Shown piece after piece: positions 35,560 through 48,304 of a DNA stretch of 64,000 nt (its first letter is position 1; every line of letters begins with the position of its first letter). The DNA is from Eledone cirrhosa. Lineage: Eukaryota. The stretch covers positions 145,824,001-145,888,000 of the forward strand of contig OZ024740.1 in NCBI GenBank assembly GCA_964016885.1. The letters are read 5' to 3'. The position numbers and the translations under genes were made by a program. Below the pieces are notes generated by a model. That model made no database searches. It saw nothing but the letters and a program-made list of their open reading frames with translations, and had not been told where the DNA came from.

Positions 35560-36867
35560 TTCCTCTAAGTAGTTATTTCTACAAAGTTACTCATACATTT
35601 AATCAAGTATGCCATTGAACATTTATGTAACTGTATCCCAGAAATGAATTACTAAAATATCATTCTTATCTTTAATCACTTCCACGTGTCAGTAATCAAC
35701 ATAGGCTTTCTCTTATGCAAACCATTAATCTATAAAAGCTCAAGTTTCCCAGTTTGTGTTATTGTTCATATATCCAGTAATCCTGGACCAATCCTGGACT
35801 CCAAAAATTGAAAACATTCAACGCTATTGCAGTTATTGACGGCACTTGTCTAAAACTATATGTCAATGAACTCCATGTCTAAAATGTGAACCTGGATCAA
35901 CGGACGCATTTCTGTATAGGAAAGAATACATTTTACGTTGCAATGGACTAAACCAAAAATATACTCTTCTGTTGGTCACTATAAAGGGCACTGTGATCCT
36001 GAACAAAAAGATTGGTTAGTAATAATGTTTATTTTACGTTAATTGACGACACAAGAATGGCACTGCGAAAAGGATATGGAGAATTGATTTTATCCGATTT
36101 AGATTTGATTGAAACCTGGTTGAGGTGGTTATCAGTTCGTGCAAGAACAAAGTTGACGAACAGTGATGAACCCAAAAAAACAACTGATTTCTTCATCTCG
36201 AAAACAGGAGTTGAGAATATTAATTTCTAATGTAGGCACCAAGTCGGCATATTTGTGGGAAGGACAACGTTTTTCATGCAAAGAATTGACATTTTATGGT
36301 ATAAAATATTCAAATATCGTACTCAACCAGATGGTAGGTTAGTAAAGAAGATATTGGAACTAAAAACCTCAAGGAATAGAAGAGAATTGTCGTTTATATG
36401 GATGACAATTTTTTGCGGTCGATTCCATATTATACTGAGAAAATATGTGGATTTCCAAATTCGTAAAAAAAAAATTCCTCATTTTATGGGCTAAAGATTA
36501 TACTATATTGTTTAAAAGATAAAAAAAAGATTTCATTAAACCTACTGATGTACAAGTGTTGTAGTTACCACAAATGCAAGTAAATATTCAATATCTGGTA
36601 TACTTTCTCAAGATGGACTCGCAGTTCTATCAAAATACTTGCCAGATATATCGAGATATTTATCACGATACTTGCTGGAGGCTCATAGCAATTATTCTAA
36701 TATTGAGCGAGAAGCTTTAACAATTGCATAAGCTCGATATATAAATACAAAATGGCAAAAATTCATCATTGGTTATGAAGGATGACAGGATTGTTCTAGT
36801 TCAGGCGCAATAAACAATTAAGAAAATGTGCCGAGGAGGATGAACAAAATAAGGAACAATAATCTTA

Positions 36868-38355
<1,488 letters not shown>

Positions 38356-38501
38356 TATTATAATAAACTTGACCCGTTGGGTCACGTTCACTTAAAAAAA
38401 AATTTTTAATCATGTTCAATTAAAAATAATTTTTAAATAATCAAAATATACACACATACTGTATATATATATATATATAATGTAAAATGAAATTGGAAGA
38501 C

Positions 38502-38563
<62 letters not shown>

Positions 38564-38564
38564 T

Positions 38565-38595
<31 letters not shown>

Positions 38596-38937
38596 TTATA
38601 TATATATATATGTGTGTGTGTGTTTATATATATATGGGTGTCTGTGACCTATATACACTGGTCACACACACACACACGCATGTCTCTCTTTCAATCTACT
38701 CTCTCACATCCACTATCTCTCTCTCTCTCTCTCTCTCTCTCTTTATGAAGGTACCCGGAAAAACCCCGTATCTCAGGAACCCGTCTTCCAATTTACGGAA
38801 AACTTGTTTCATTCCATTTGTATTCGCATTTCAGGGACAACTTCCTTTCAAAGTATTTTCCCATTATGCGCTGTTTTGGCTGTATTAAATTTCAGACAAG
38901 CCGACAACCACAGTTTTAGTAGTATATAGATAGATAT

Positions 38938-41900
38938 CTTTCTTTATTTGCCACAAGGGCGTAGAAAAATGGGACATTACAAGACGTGATGGCGGAGGTT
39001 ATAAAAATTATATAACTTTAACATTAATAAATAACAATAAACTATATATAATAAAATAACAATTGAAATCCCCAATAGGGGGGAACGTTATTGCAGGGTT
39101 GTTTTACACCCCGTGGATAGAACAACCCTCAACAACAGGAACACGTTTTGTAGGTGTTCCTGTCTTCCCTCTGTTTATCTTCCTCAATCTACAGGTTTAT
39201 ATACAGAGAAGGCCCATTCACTTGGGCCATTTTCGCCACATTCACCCACCTTTCAGCGAATTTACTGGGGTGTAGCACCTCTCTCTCCACTCTCACCTTC
39301 CCTTTGAAGTGATACTTAAAGAAGGGGATAAGTTGTTTCCGGAGAGAAAGGTGTTTGCCCTCAGTCCTTTTAACCTCGTCCACCATATTACCTCTTTCGC
39401 CATAGCAACCAGACAGAGGAAAACCGCCCCTCCTTCATTCTTAAATGAAGGCGGTGGGGGTGATCCTCCGATGGACTCGGCTGACAACTGGATGCGTCCC
39501 ACACGTGACAGTAGCTGTTCAACATATTTCCACAGGTCGGTCACCCCTGGGTAATGAACAATTGCGTACAGAACGGTTTCGATGTCCTGCTCGCATCTTG
39601 GACAGGTCCTTTTGGCAGGATCTCTGCCAGGGCGTCCGTGCCTGTAGATTTTGTCTCTAACTGGTAGAGCTCCTCGGTAGCACTGCCAGGCCAGAGATCT
39701 CTGGAAGTTATCCATAGGCCCTGGACAGAAAGTCCTCCCGAACAGACTGGTCAGTTCGTCCTCCTCAACGCCTAGAGTTTCCTCGAGAACGTCGTCGCAC
39801 TTATCCTCCAATAATCCCCTATAGAATGTCGAAGTGGAGTCTCCGCTGATTGTCGTTTCCGCTTGGTAGAGGGCTGTTTCCGCCTGAAGGCAGTCGAGAT
39901 GCAAGGCACCCATTTTCGGTCTTCGCTTGACCCAGGAATGCAGTTCTGTTAGTGAGGCGAGTTGTGGAAGAGCTTGTCTCACAAACGACAGCCACACCGG
40001 TTCACCGGTCAGGAATACCTGGAGATGGCGTAGCCTCAGCGCGTGTTTGCGCATCATCAGCCACACCATGCCCAGCCCTCCGTTAGAAGGGTGTTGACAG
40101 CAGATGGATCTCCTCATCAATGGAGCTTGTTTCTTCCAGAGGAACTTGAAGAGTAGGCGTTCCATGTTGGTGAGGTATTCGCGGGGACAAGGCACGACTG
40201 TCAAGCGGTAGTAGATGACAGACGCTATGTAAGTGTTCGCCACTTCCGCTCGACCTTTCAAGGAGAGTTTGCACTCAGCCCACTTCTGGGTGAGTGCAAA
40301 CACCTTCGCCGTGACCTCGTTCCAGTTCTTGTCCACCTGGAGGTCTGGACCAAACCAGACCCCGAGCAATTTCACCGGTCCTTCCTTCCAACGAGGATTT
40401 GCCTCTCCATGTGCCGAGTTGCAAACCGACAGACTTGTTTGGGTTTAGTCTTGCTCCTATCAACGTTTCGTTATACAGAATGGAGGAGAGAGGGTATCCT
40501 TGATGGATGGAACGCATGATTTGGAATGGCTCCGATAGGTAGCTATTCACCTTGACTGCCGAGCAGATGCTAGTGTGCATGGCAGCGATCCAGCCTCTGA
40601 AGACGGGACCGAAGCCGGCCGCCTTGAGAACTGCTTCCAAGTATTGATGGTCGACCCTATCAAATGCCTTAGACTGATCTAAATTGATCAGAGCCCTACC
40701 GAAGCCAGGTTTTCACCCTACCCTCTCTATGATGTATCGCATGAGGTGGAGGTTGTCGCGTAAGGACCTGGTCGGGATTGCACACGTTTGCGCTTCCCCT
40801 ACCAGGTTCTCGACGACAAGCGCCAGCCTCGCTGCTAACACCTTGGCCAAAATCTTTAACTCTGTGTTGAGCAGAGTTATGGGCCTGAAATTGCTTATCT
40901 CATCCCCCTTGTTCTTATCTTTCCTGATCAGCGTTACTACGCCTCTGCCTACAGAACTGGGAATCCTCCCGTTCTGCTGCCAGTTGCAGTAGACCGCTTC
41001 GAGGACGCCAGAGAACAAGTCTGGCATGCCTGTATAAAACTCATAGGGTAGACCATCTAAACCGGGTGATTTGCGTTTCCCGCAGCGGCCTAGGGCATCT
41101 TCTATTTCGCCCGCTGTGATAGGCCTTTCGCAGCTCTCTGCATCCGTGTTCGAGAGTCGTGGTACGCCGTCGAGGTAGGAGCTGAAGTCCATCCCCTCCC
41201 TCGACGTACCTCTTTTCCCGAACAGTTGTGCAAAATGCTGCTGGAAGGCCGTGCACATCTGCTTGGATTCAAGTAGAATGCGTCCATCTTTGTCTTGCAA
41301 AGACCGAATTGTGGATTTGTTACCACTTTTCGCCTCTGCCACTCGGGCCCAGCTAACAGCTTTGGCTCCCTCGTTTCTTAGAGCACGTGTTCTACTTCTG
41401 ATAATACAACCTTCGTGTTTCACGTTAAAGAACTGGTTTAGTGCCGTTCTCGCCGCTAGCACGTCAGCTGTACTGCCATTCCTAAGTGCCTCTTCTACTT
41501 TAGCTACCAGTTCCTTTTCAGTTTTGTTTTTTTCTAAAGCTGCTTCCTTGCTAACTGCTATCGATTCTATTCTAATTGCTCTCTTGAGAGAGCTTCACCA
41601 CCTGCTGTTGACGATCGCCCCCCTCAACTGGCACTTAACTAAGGTGCTAATCCGTTTCCTGTAGGCCTTACGCGCCGGAAGCGACATGTTTAGCTTCCAG
41701 TATCCGGGTCCCTGTCTATGTGTTCTATCAAGGTTGACTACGCAGGTGACTAATTTGTGGTCTGAATAGGCAACCATGTGCATTTGTGGGCAGCTTAATG
41801 TTTCCTTATTATTCTGTCTAATTAAAAATCTATCTAAATACGATCTAGAAGACCCAGTGCGGTTGCTCCACATCCACAGTGGTACACTTGGAAAGTCTAG

Positions 41901-43037
41901 TCGATATCTATCAGCCAGTTGGGATTGGCTGATGAGATTTTTGAGGCTATTACACCCCCTCTATTATCACAAGCTCCTACATAGTCCCAACGTGCATCTA
42001 AGATGCCATTCCAGTCCCCCGCTAACACTAAGGAGCGAGACGTTCCCAGGAATGACTCCAGACGCTTGAAGAACTCTGGTCGCGATGTCCCAGTCGGGGC
42101 ATATACGGCCACCAGTCTGAAAGCTCCACCTTCCCTACCATTCACGTCCAGGACCACCAGGTTTCCCTCCGGGTCCAAGTGAATCGTATGTGCTTTGAGA
42201 TCCAAGTTTTTTCGAAACAACAACTCCCCCTCCACCTCCTGGCTGACAGAGAGATGCGTAGATCTCAAAGTCATCGAACATGGGGGTTAGCTGCTGCTTG
42301 TCGTGAATCCTGGACTCGGTGATGGCTATCACACCTATACAATGTCACCTGAGATCATTCAAAAGCTGGCCCTGTTTCCAGGGCATGCCCAGACCACGTA
42401 CATTCAAACATCCAACTTGTATAGTCGCCATGTTGGTGAAGAAGAGTTAGGGAGAGAAAGGGCAGGAACACTTACCTTTTCATTTCCTGGAGGTCGGGTT
42501 GTTCGATTTCCATGTCCAGATTGGGGGTGTTTGGGAAGGGAGGGAATCCTTTTAGCAGGACACGGTTAAGGGGTTTTTGGCAAGGGGGGGCCCACATCAC
42601 GTGGGAAGTTCCTTTTTAAAGTTTCGTACTGTAGGGTTGTTACCCTGATAAGTTTGAGGTTTTGGGTTGGGTCGTTGGTGGGGACGGTTTTCCCTTCCGT
42701 TTGTATTGTGGAGTCCTTTTGGACAGTTTCCACCAGTTCTGTGTTTCTTGTTTTTATGTATGTGTAATGTGTTTTGTTTTTTATGTATACTGTTTCTCTT
42801 TGTAGTTTTCTTTTTGTGGTTAGGGTTTGTGATTGTGGTGGTGTGGGTGTTCGCTTTGTTGGTGAAGTGTCTGGTTGTGTTGTTGGTGTGGTTGTCGTTT
42901 GTGGTATGTTTATGTCAGTGTTGAGTGTGCGCGTGTTTTCAGTTGATGTTTTTGTTGTATTTTTTCTGTATCTTTTTTGCTTCTTGGATTTTTAGGGTTC
43001 CTCTTCATCCTCACTTGGAGATGTAGAGGTTTCCGTG
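38938..43037 (-). mobile_element. Tx1/L1-clade LINE, 5'-truncated in ORF1, flanked by (TATC)n
   Basis: APE and RT motifs and C-terminal CPRC; 3' end cccttgtggcaaataaagaaag. Confidence 0.9.
39189..42431 (-). pseudogene. Disrupted LINE ORF2 (APE endonuclease, reverse transcriptase, zinc-binding tail)
   Basis: MATIQVGCLNVRGL, AGDWN, SDHKLV, KSPGLDGLP, NFRPITLLN, LDQSKAFDRV, QGYPLS; frameshifts, stops, and a deletion near 40470 that removes the YADD motif. Confidence 0.88.
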
Positions 43038-43254
43038 TAGATAGATAGATAGATAGATAGATAGATTCAAAATAATCAACCAACACCAACACCACCACAT
43101 ATTTTAAGTTCCTGTCAAATAATTCAACAAAAGTACACACAAAAAAGAAACTCTCCCAAACACCCCAGGGGTTCAAAAGGTGGGGAAAGGGATGGAGAAC
43201 TTTGTCGTTCTTTACATAAGATGAAAACATTTGTTGTTTCAAAGTAAAAAATAT

Positions 43255-43780
43255 TGTAGTGGGATATAGAGAGGAAGAGCGGATTTGGTGATCTGGTGGA
43301 AAGGGGAATTGTGAGAAAGAGAGTGAGGTATGTAGTGATATATAGTGAGCGGCAGAGAATTTGTTGGTTTAACGAGAAGATATTGTGAGAGAGAGAGTGA
43401 AGTATGTGATGTAATATCGAGAGGAGGAGAGAATTTGTTGATCTAGTGAGTGAGGGTGAGGTATGTAGTGGAATACAGAGAGGAGAGAGAATTTAGTCGT
43501 CTAGTGAGAGAGGGGGAATTGTGAGCGAGAGTGGGGTATGCAGTGGGATATAGAGAGCGGGAAAGTATTTGTTGGCTTAGTGAGAGAGGGGGAATTAAGA
43601 AAGTGAAAGAGAGTGAGTTATGTAGTGGGATATAGAGAGGGGGAGAGAGTTTGTTGTTTTAGTGAGAGAGGGGGAATTGTTAGAGAGAGTGGGGTATGTA
43701 GTAGCATATAGAGAGGGGAGTAAATTTGATAGTCCAGTGAGAGAGAGGCTATTGTGAGAGTGAATGAGGGTGAGGTATGT
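43255..43780. repeat. Degenerate purine-rich tandem repeat, unit about 75 bp, about 7 copies
   Basis: Recurring tgtagtgggatatagagagg..tttg..tagtgagagagggggaattgtgagagagagtg. Confidence 0.75.
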
Positions 43781-44203
43781 ATATATAGTGTATTTTGCAA
43801 TACACTGTATGCTTAATTAAAAGCATTCAAAATACACTATATATACATTCATATATATCTCGCTATTTCAGAGCACCAATTCTAATTTTCAATTTCTGCT
43901 GGACCGGCGACCGCTCTGTATAATCAGTTCCTGATTATTACTGGGATTCTATAAGAATCCAACAGATAATTTTCAGCAAACAGGAGGAGTAGTGAGCTTT
44001 GATAAGTACCAAAAAGTACGAAACAGAGCTCTGTCAGTTTATCTCCCCTGTTTGCTGAAAATTTAAATAAGTGACATTGTCACTATTTTAAAACAATAGC
44101 GTATGGTCTTCAAAATGCTTTTAATTAAGCATACAGTGTATTGCAAAATACACTATATATACATTCATATATATATATCGCTATTTTAGAGCACCAATTC
44201 TAA
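43777..44203 (+). mobile_element. Non-coding HHR element with terminal direct repeat (43828..43885 / 44144..44203) and a 5' inverted segment (43777..43827 / 44114..44164)
   Basis: Repeats read directly from the sequence; ends in (TA)n. Confidence 0.8.
43994..44040 (+). ncRNA. Hammerhead ribozyme, U3-A8 core variant
   Basis: gagct-TTGATAA-gtac-caaaaa-gtac-GAAA-cagagctctg-TC-agttt, enclosed by a 16-bp stem attttcagcaaacagg/cctgtttgctgaaaat. Confidence 0.8.
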
Positions 44204-44240
44204 TATATATATATATATATATGTGCGTGTGTGTGTGTGT

Positions 44241-44524
44241 TAAGTGTTTCCGTAAAAACGGTAAAGGAAAGAAGAGTGCTCTATGTATAGTACAGAGCTA
44301 TTCAAATATGTAATAAACAACACAATATAATTATTCCATTACCCAAGGTTTCGCGAAGTTAGATGATTCTAACACTTTCACTTGTAATAGATTTTAATTT
44401 CATATCTTATATCCATAATAAAGATATTTCATCTGATGAGTGATATCAGACATTTCTGTTAGAATCGTCTAACTTCGCGAAATGTTGGGTGATGGAATAA
44501 TTATATTGTGTTGTTTATTACATA
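44241..44524. mobile_element. Hairpin element (arms 44307..44374 / 44457..44524) with an HHR at 44427..44497(+)
   Basis: tttcat-CTGATGA-gtga..tcgc-GAAA-tgttggg-TG-atggaa; the antisense arm retains TA at the cleavage site. Confidence 0.75.
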
Positions 44525-44762
44525 ATTATATATATATATATATATATACAGAATCGGGCTAGATCGATACAGATCGAAACTTGAGCTATCAATAACGGAA
44601 CGCGCGTCAATTCTCAATAAACGTAATGATGGCATAACAAATCGTCCTTTTTATTTTATACTAGCTGGCCCGTCCGGCTGGCACCAGGCTACCATTGGTG
44701 TATTCTACGGCATCCATATATATATTTATAGCTTGGATAAACAGACGATAAGCCGTCTGTGT

Positions 44763-45825
44763 AGTATAGTATTACTGTTGAAAATATATAATATAGTATT
44801 ACTGTTGAAAATATATAGTACAGTATTACTGTTGAAAATATATAGTATAGTGTTACTGTTGAAAATATATAGTATAGTATTACTGTTGAAAATATATAAT
44901 ATAGTATTACTGTTGAAAATATATAGTATAGTATTACTGTTGAAAATATATAGTACAGTATTACTGTTAAAGATATATAGTATAGTATTACTGTTGAAAA
45001 TATATAATATAGTATTACTGTTGAAAATATATAGTATAGTATTACTGTTGAAAATATATAATATAGTATTACTGTTGAAAATATATAGTATAGTATTACT
45101 GTTGAAAATATATAGTACAGTATTACTGTTGAAAATATATAGTATAGTATTAATGTTGAAAACATATAGTATAGTATTACTATTGAAAATATATAGTATA
45201 GTGTTACTGTTGAAAATATATAGTATAGTATTACTGTTGAAAATATATAGTACAGTATTACTGTTGAAAATATATAGTATAGTATTACTGTTGAAAATAT
45301 ATAATATAGTATTACTGTTGAAAATATATAGTATAGTATTACTGTTGAAAACATATAGTATAGTACAGTATTACTGTTGAAAATATATAGTATAGTATTA
45401 CTGTTGAAAATATATATTACAGTATTACTGTTAAAGATATATAGTGTTACTGTTGAAAATATATAGTATAGTATTACTGTTGAAAATATATAATATAGTA
45501 TTACTGTTGAAAATATATAGTATAGTATTACTGTTGAAAACATATAGTATAGTACAGTATTACTGTTGAAAATATATAGTATAGTATTACTGTTGAAAAT
45601 ATATATTACAGTATTACTGTTAAAGATATATAGTATAGTGTTACTGTTGAAAATATATAGTATAGTATTACTGTTGAAAATATATAGTACAGTATTACTG
45701 TTGAAAATATATAGTATAGTATTAATGTTGAAAACATATAGTATAGTATTACTATTGAAAATATATAGTATAGTATAGTATGACTGTTGAATACATATAT
45801 AGTATAGTGTTACTGTTGAAAATAT
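44763..45825. repeat. 27-bp minisatellite (tagtattactgttgaaaatatatagta), about 39 copies
   Basis: Read directly; produces spurious 9-aa-repeat ORFs. Confidence 0.95.
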
Positions 45826-45838
45826 GTACACAAATCTA

Positions 45839-45882
<44 letters not shown>

Positions 45883-45889
<7 letters not shown>

Positions 45890-46700
45890 CATAAGAATCA
45901 AAGAACTGTTCAAAACATTATTGTGCTTACAGCTGTTTCCTCCAAACCGAGGTTTGGATTCTTCGGAGCAATTTATTAATGCATGGACAGTTATATCACC
46001 TCCTTTTCAGCCGAGAGACATATCAATACATATTCAAACATTGATACATATTCAAACATTGTGGGTCAACATTCATTACAGAATTTAGAGTGGCAGTACA
46101 CACTTCGAGATCTACCAACCAGATCTACCAACCTAACACTCTTATTTACCTACCTAAGTGCCTCTACCACACATATCTCTCTGCCACACTATATAAACAA
46201 GACGCACATGCGTGCCACACATATAACATTTGCACTATATAACCACTTATCTTCATGTTGTACTTTAACCTATATCTTTGATTTTTGATTGTACCTATTA
46301 ATATAAATGTAATCTCGAAGTGTGTACTGCCACTCTAAATTCTGTAATGAATGTTGACCCACAATGTTTGAATATGTATCAATATTTGAATATGTATTGA
46401 TATGTCTCTCGGCTGAAAAGGAGGTCATATAACTGTCCATGCATTAATAAATTGCTCCGAAGAATCCAAACCTCGGTTTGGAGGAAACAGCTGTAAGCAC
46501 AATAATGTTTTGAACAGTTCTTTGATTCTTATGTTTCATATAACTGCTCTGTAAATCATCTGATGTTTTTACATTGAGCTACTTAACTTACTGGTAATAA
46601 GGTAGTAATACATTACTGCCTACCACTATTTAGGGTGTGTGTAAAATACTTACAACTGCTTAAGGTTTTGTATTTACATAACCATAAATAGTATAACTAA

Positions 46701-46703
<3 letters not shown>
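45883..46703. mobile_element. (TA)n-flanked hairpin element (229-bp arms 45883..46111 / 46312..46540, 200-bp spacer, unique tail) with hammerheads on both strands
   Basis: Inverted repeat; HHR in each arm. Confidence 0.88.
46453..46499 (+). ncRNA. Minimal hammerhead ribozyme, CCGAAGA (U4C) core; mirror copy 45924..45970 on -
   Basis: tgct-CCGAAGA-atccaaacc-tc-ggtttggag-GAAA-cagctg-TA-agca. Confidence 0.72.
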
Positions 46704-46784
<81 letters not shown>

Positions 46785-46917
46785 GTGAGGTTTTTTTTAC
46801 AAAATGAAAAATAACCGAGGTGTCCTACACGAGTGGAAGTATAAAGAAAAAGAGATGAAATCGAAAATGCAACTGAAGTCTTATTTTTTTTTTTTTTAAA
46901 TATATATTTATTTGGTT

Positions 46918-46955
46918 CCTTTACCGGTTTCGCAGTTCTTCTGCTTTTCAAAAGG
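46918..46955 (-). ncRNA. Minimal hammerhead ribozyme in the 3' pLTR, U3-A8 core
   Basis: cctt-TTGAAAA-gcag-aagaa-ctgc-GAAA-ccgg-TA-aagg, followed by AATAAA. Confidence 0.82.
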
Positions 46956-47469
46956 TGAGTTGAGATGGAGGGTCTGTGGTTTTTCTCACATCTGGTTGGT
47001 CTCTAAATGTTACTTGTTTTATATGGAAAAAGTGGCTCGAAAGCCAGGTTTTTCGAGAAGTAATTTGATTGGTTTGTCAATAATTATAATAAATTTCGCG
47101 CCAGTTCGCGTTACAATAGTTCTTCAAATAAGAGAGGGGGGGGGGGTTGTCACAGGTTGTTTTTTCATATATGAGTGTTTGAATTTCTTTTTACTTGAAA
47201 AAAGGAGGCTCACGAAGGCTTTTTTTTGGTTGGTTATAAATGAAATTTGGCTGTCACGTGAACAAGTTTTCATTACATTTTTGCGCCCTTATTTGGAAAA
47301 CTATTCTGTTGTCTTTATAGTGAATGTTATGACAATGGAGAGATAGTGGTCAAGGGAAAAGGGATTGGGAGAAATGTTCTGGTTCAGTGAATATGGCCAG
47401 CTGTCAGAGTTCAGGTGTCAGAGTTCAGATTTTCTATTGAGACTGAAGATATGTGTTTATTTGTGTGCT

Positions 47470-47500
<31 letters not shown>

Positions 47501-48304
47501 ATGTGTCTATTGGAAGATGATTCTATTAGTAGAGATGGGGGAGGGAGTTGTGTGTGTGTGTGTGTATGGGTGTTATGTGTGTGTGTGTGCGAGTATGTTA
47601 AGATGGAGAGAATATATATTTTGTGTGTGTGTATATATATATGTGTGTAGGAAAGTGGTTCTATTAGTAGAAATGGGGAGGGAGTTGTAGGTGTGGGGGT
47701 TGTTATGTGTGTGTATGGGTGTTGTGTGTGGGAGTATGGTTAGCATGTTAAGATGAAGAGAATATATATATATATATATATTGTGTGTGTGTATGTGTGT
47801 GTGTAGGAAAGTGATTCCTTTAGTAGGAAGATGATTCTATTAGTAGAGATGGGGGAGGGAGTTGTGTGTGTGTGTGTATGGGTGTTATGTGTGTGTGTGC
47901 GAGTATGTTAAGATGGAGAGAATATATATTTTGTGTGTGTGTATATATATATGTGTGTAGGAAAGTGGTTCTATTAGTAGAAATGGGGAGGGAGTTGTGG
48001 GTGTGGGGGTTGTTATGTGTGTGTATGGGTGTTATGTGTGTGGGAGTATGGTTAGCATGTTAAGATGAAGAGAATATATATATATATATATTGTGTGTGT
48101 GTGTATATGTGTGTGTGTAGGAAAGTGATTCCTTTAGTAGGAATATTTTTGAATGAACATATTTTCCTGACTTTTTCGTGTTTGCTGTTGTATTGCCAGT
48201 GCAAACGTATGTTAAGGTTTATTTAGTTCGGGTTTTTATTTTCTAAAGTAGAAGGTGTTATGTGTGTGTGTGTATGTCATATTGTGGTGTTGACATAATG
48301 TATA

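Noticed and set aside
44689-45831. 380-aa and 215-aa repeat ORFs; CRISPR-like appearance
   Set aside because: Translation of a 27-bp minisatellite. There are no unique spacers or cas genes, and the context is eukaryotic.
46912-47346. 144-aa ORF repeated at 51891
   Set aside because: Antisense reading of the pLTR; the frame is not conserved between the two copies.
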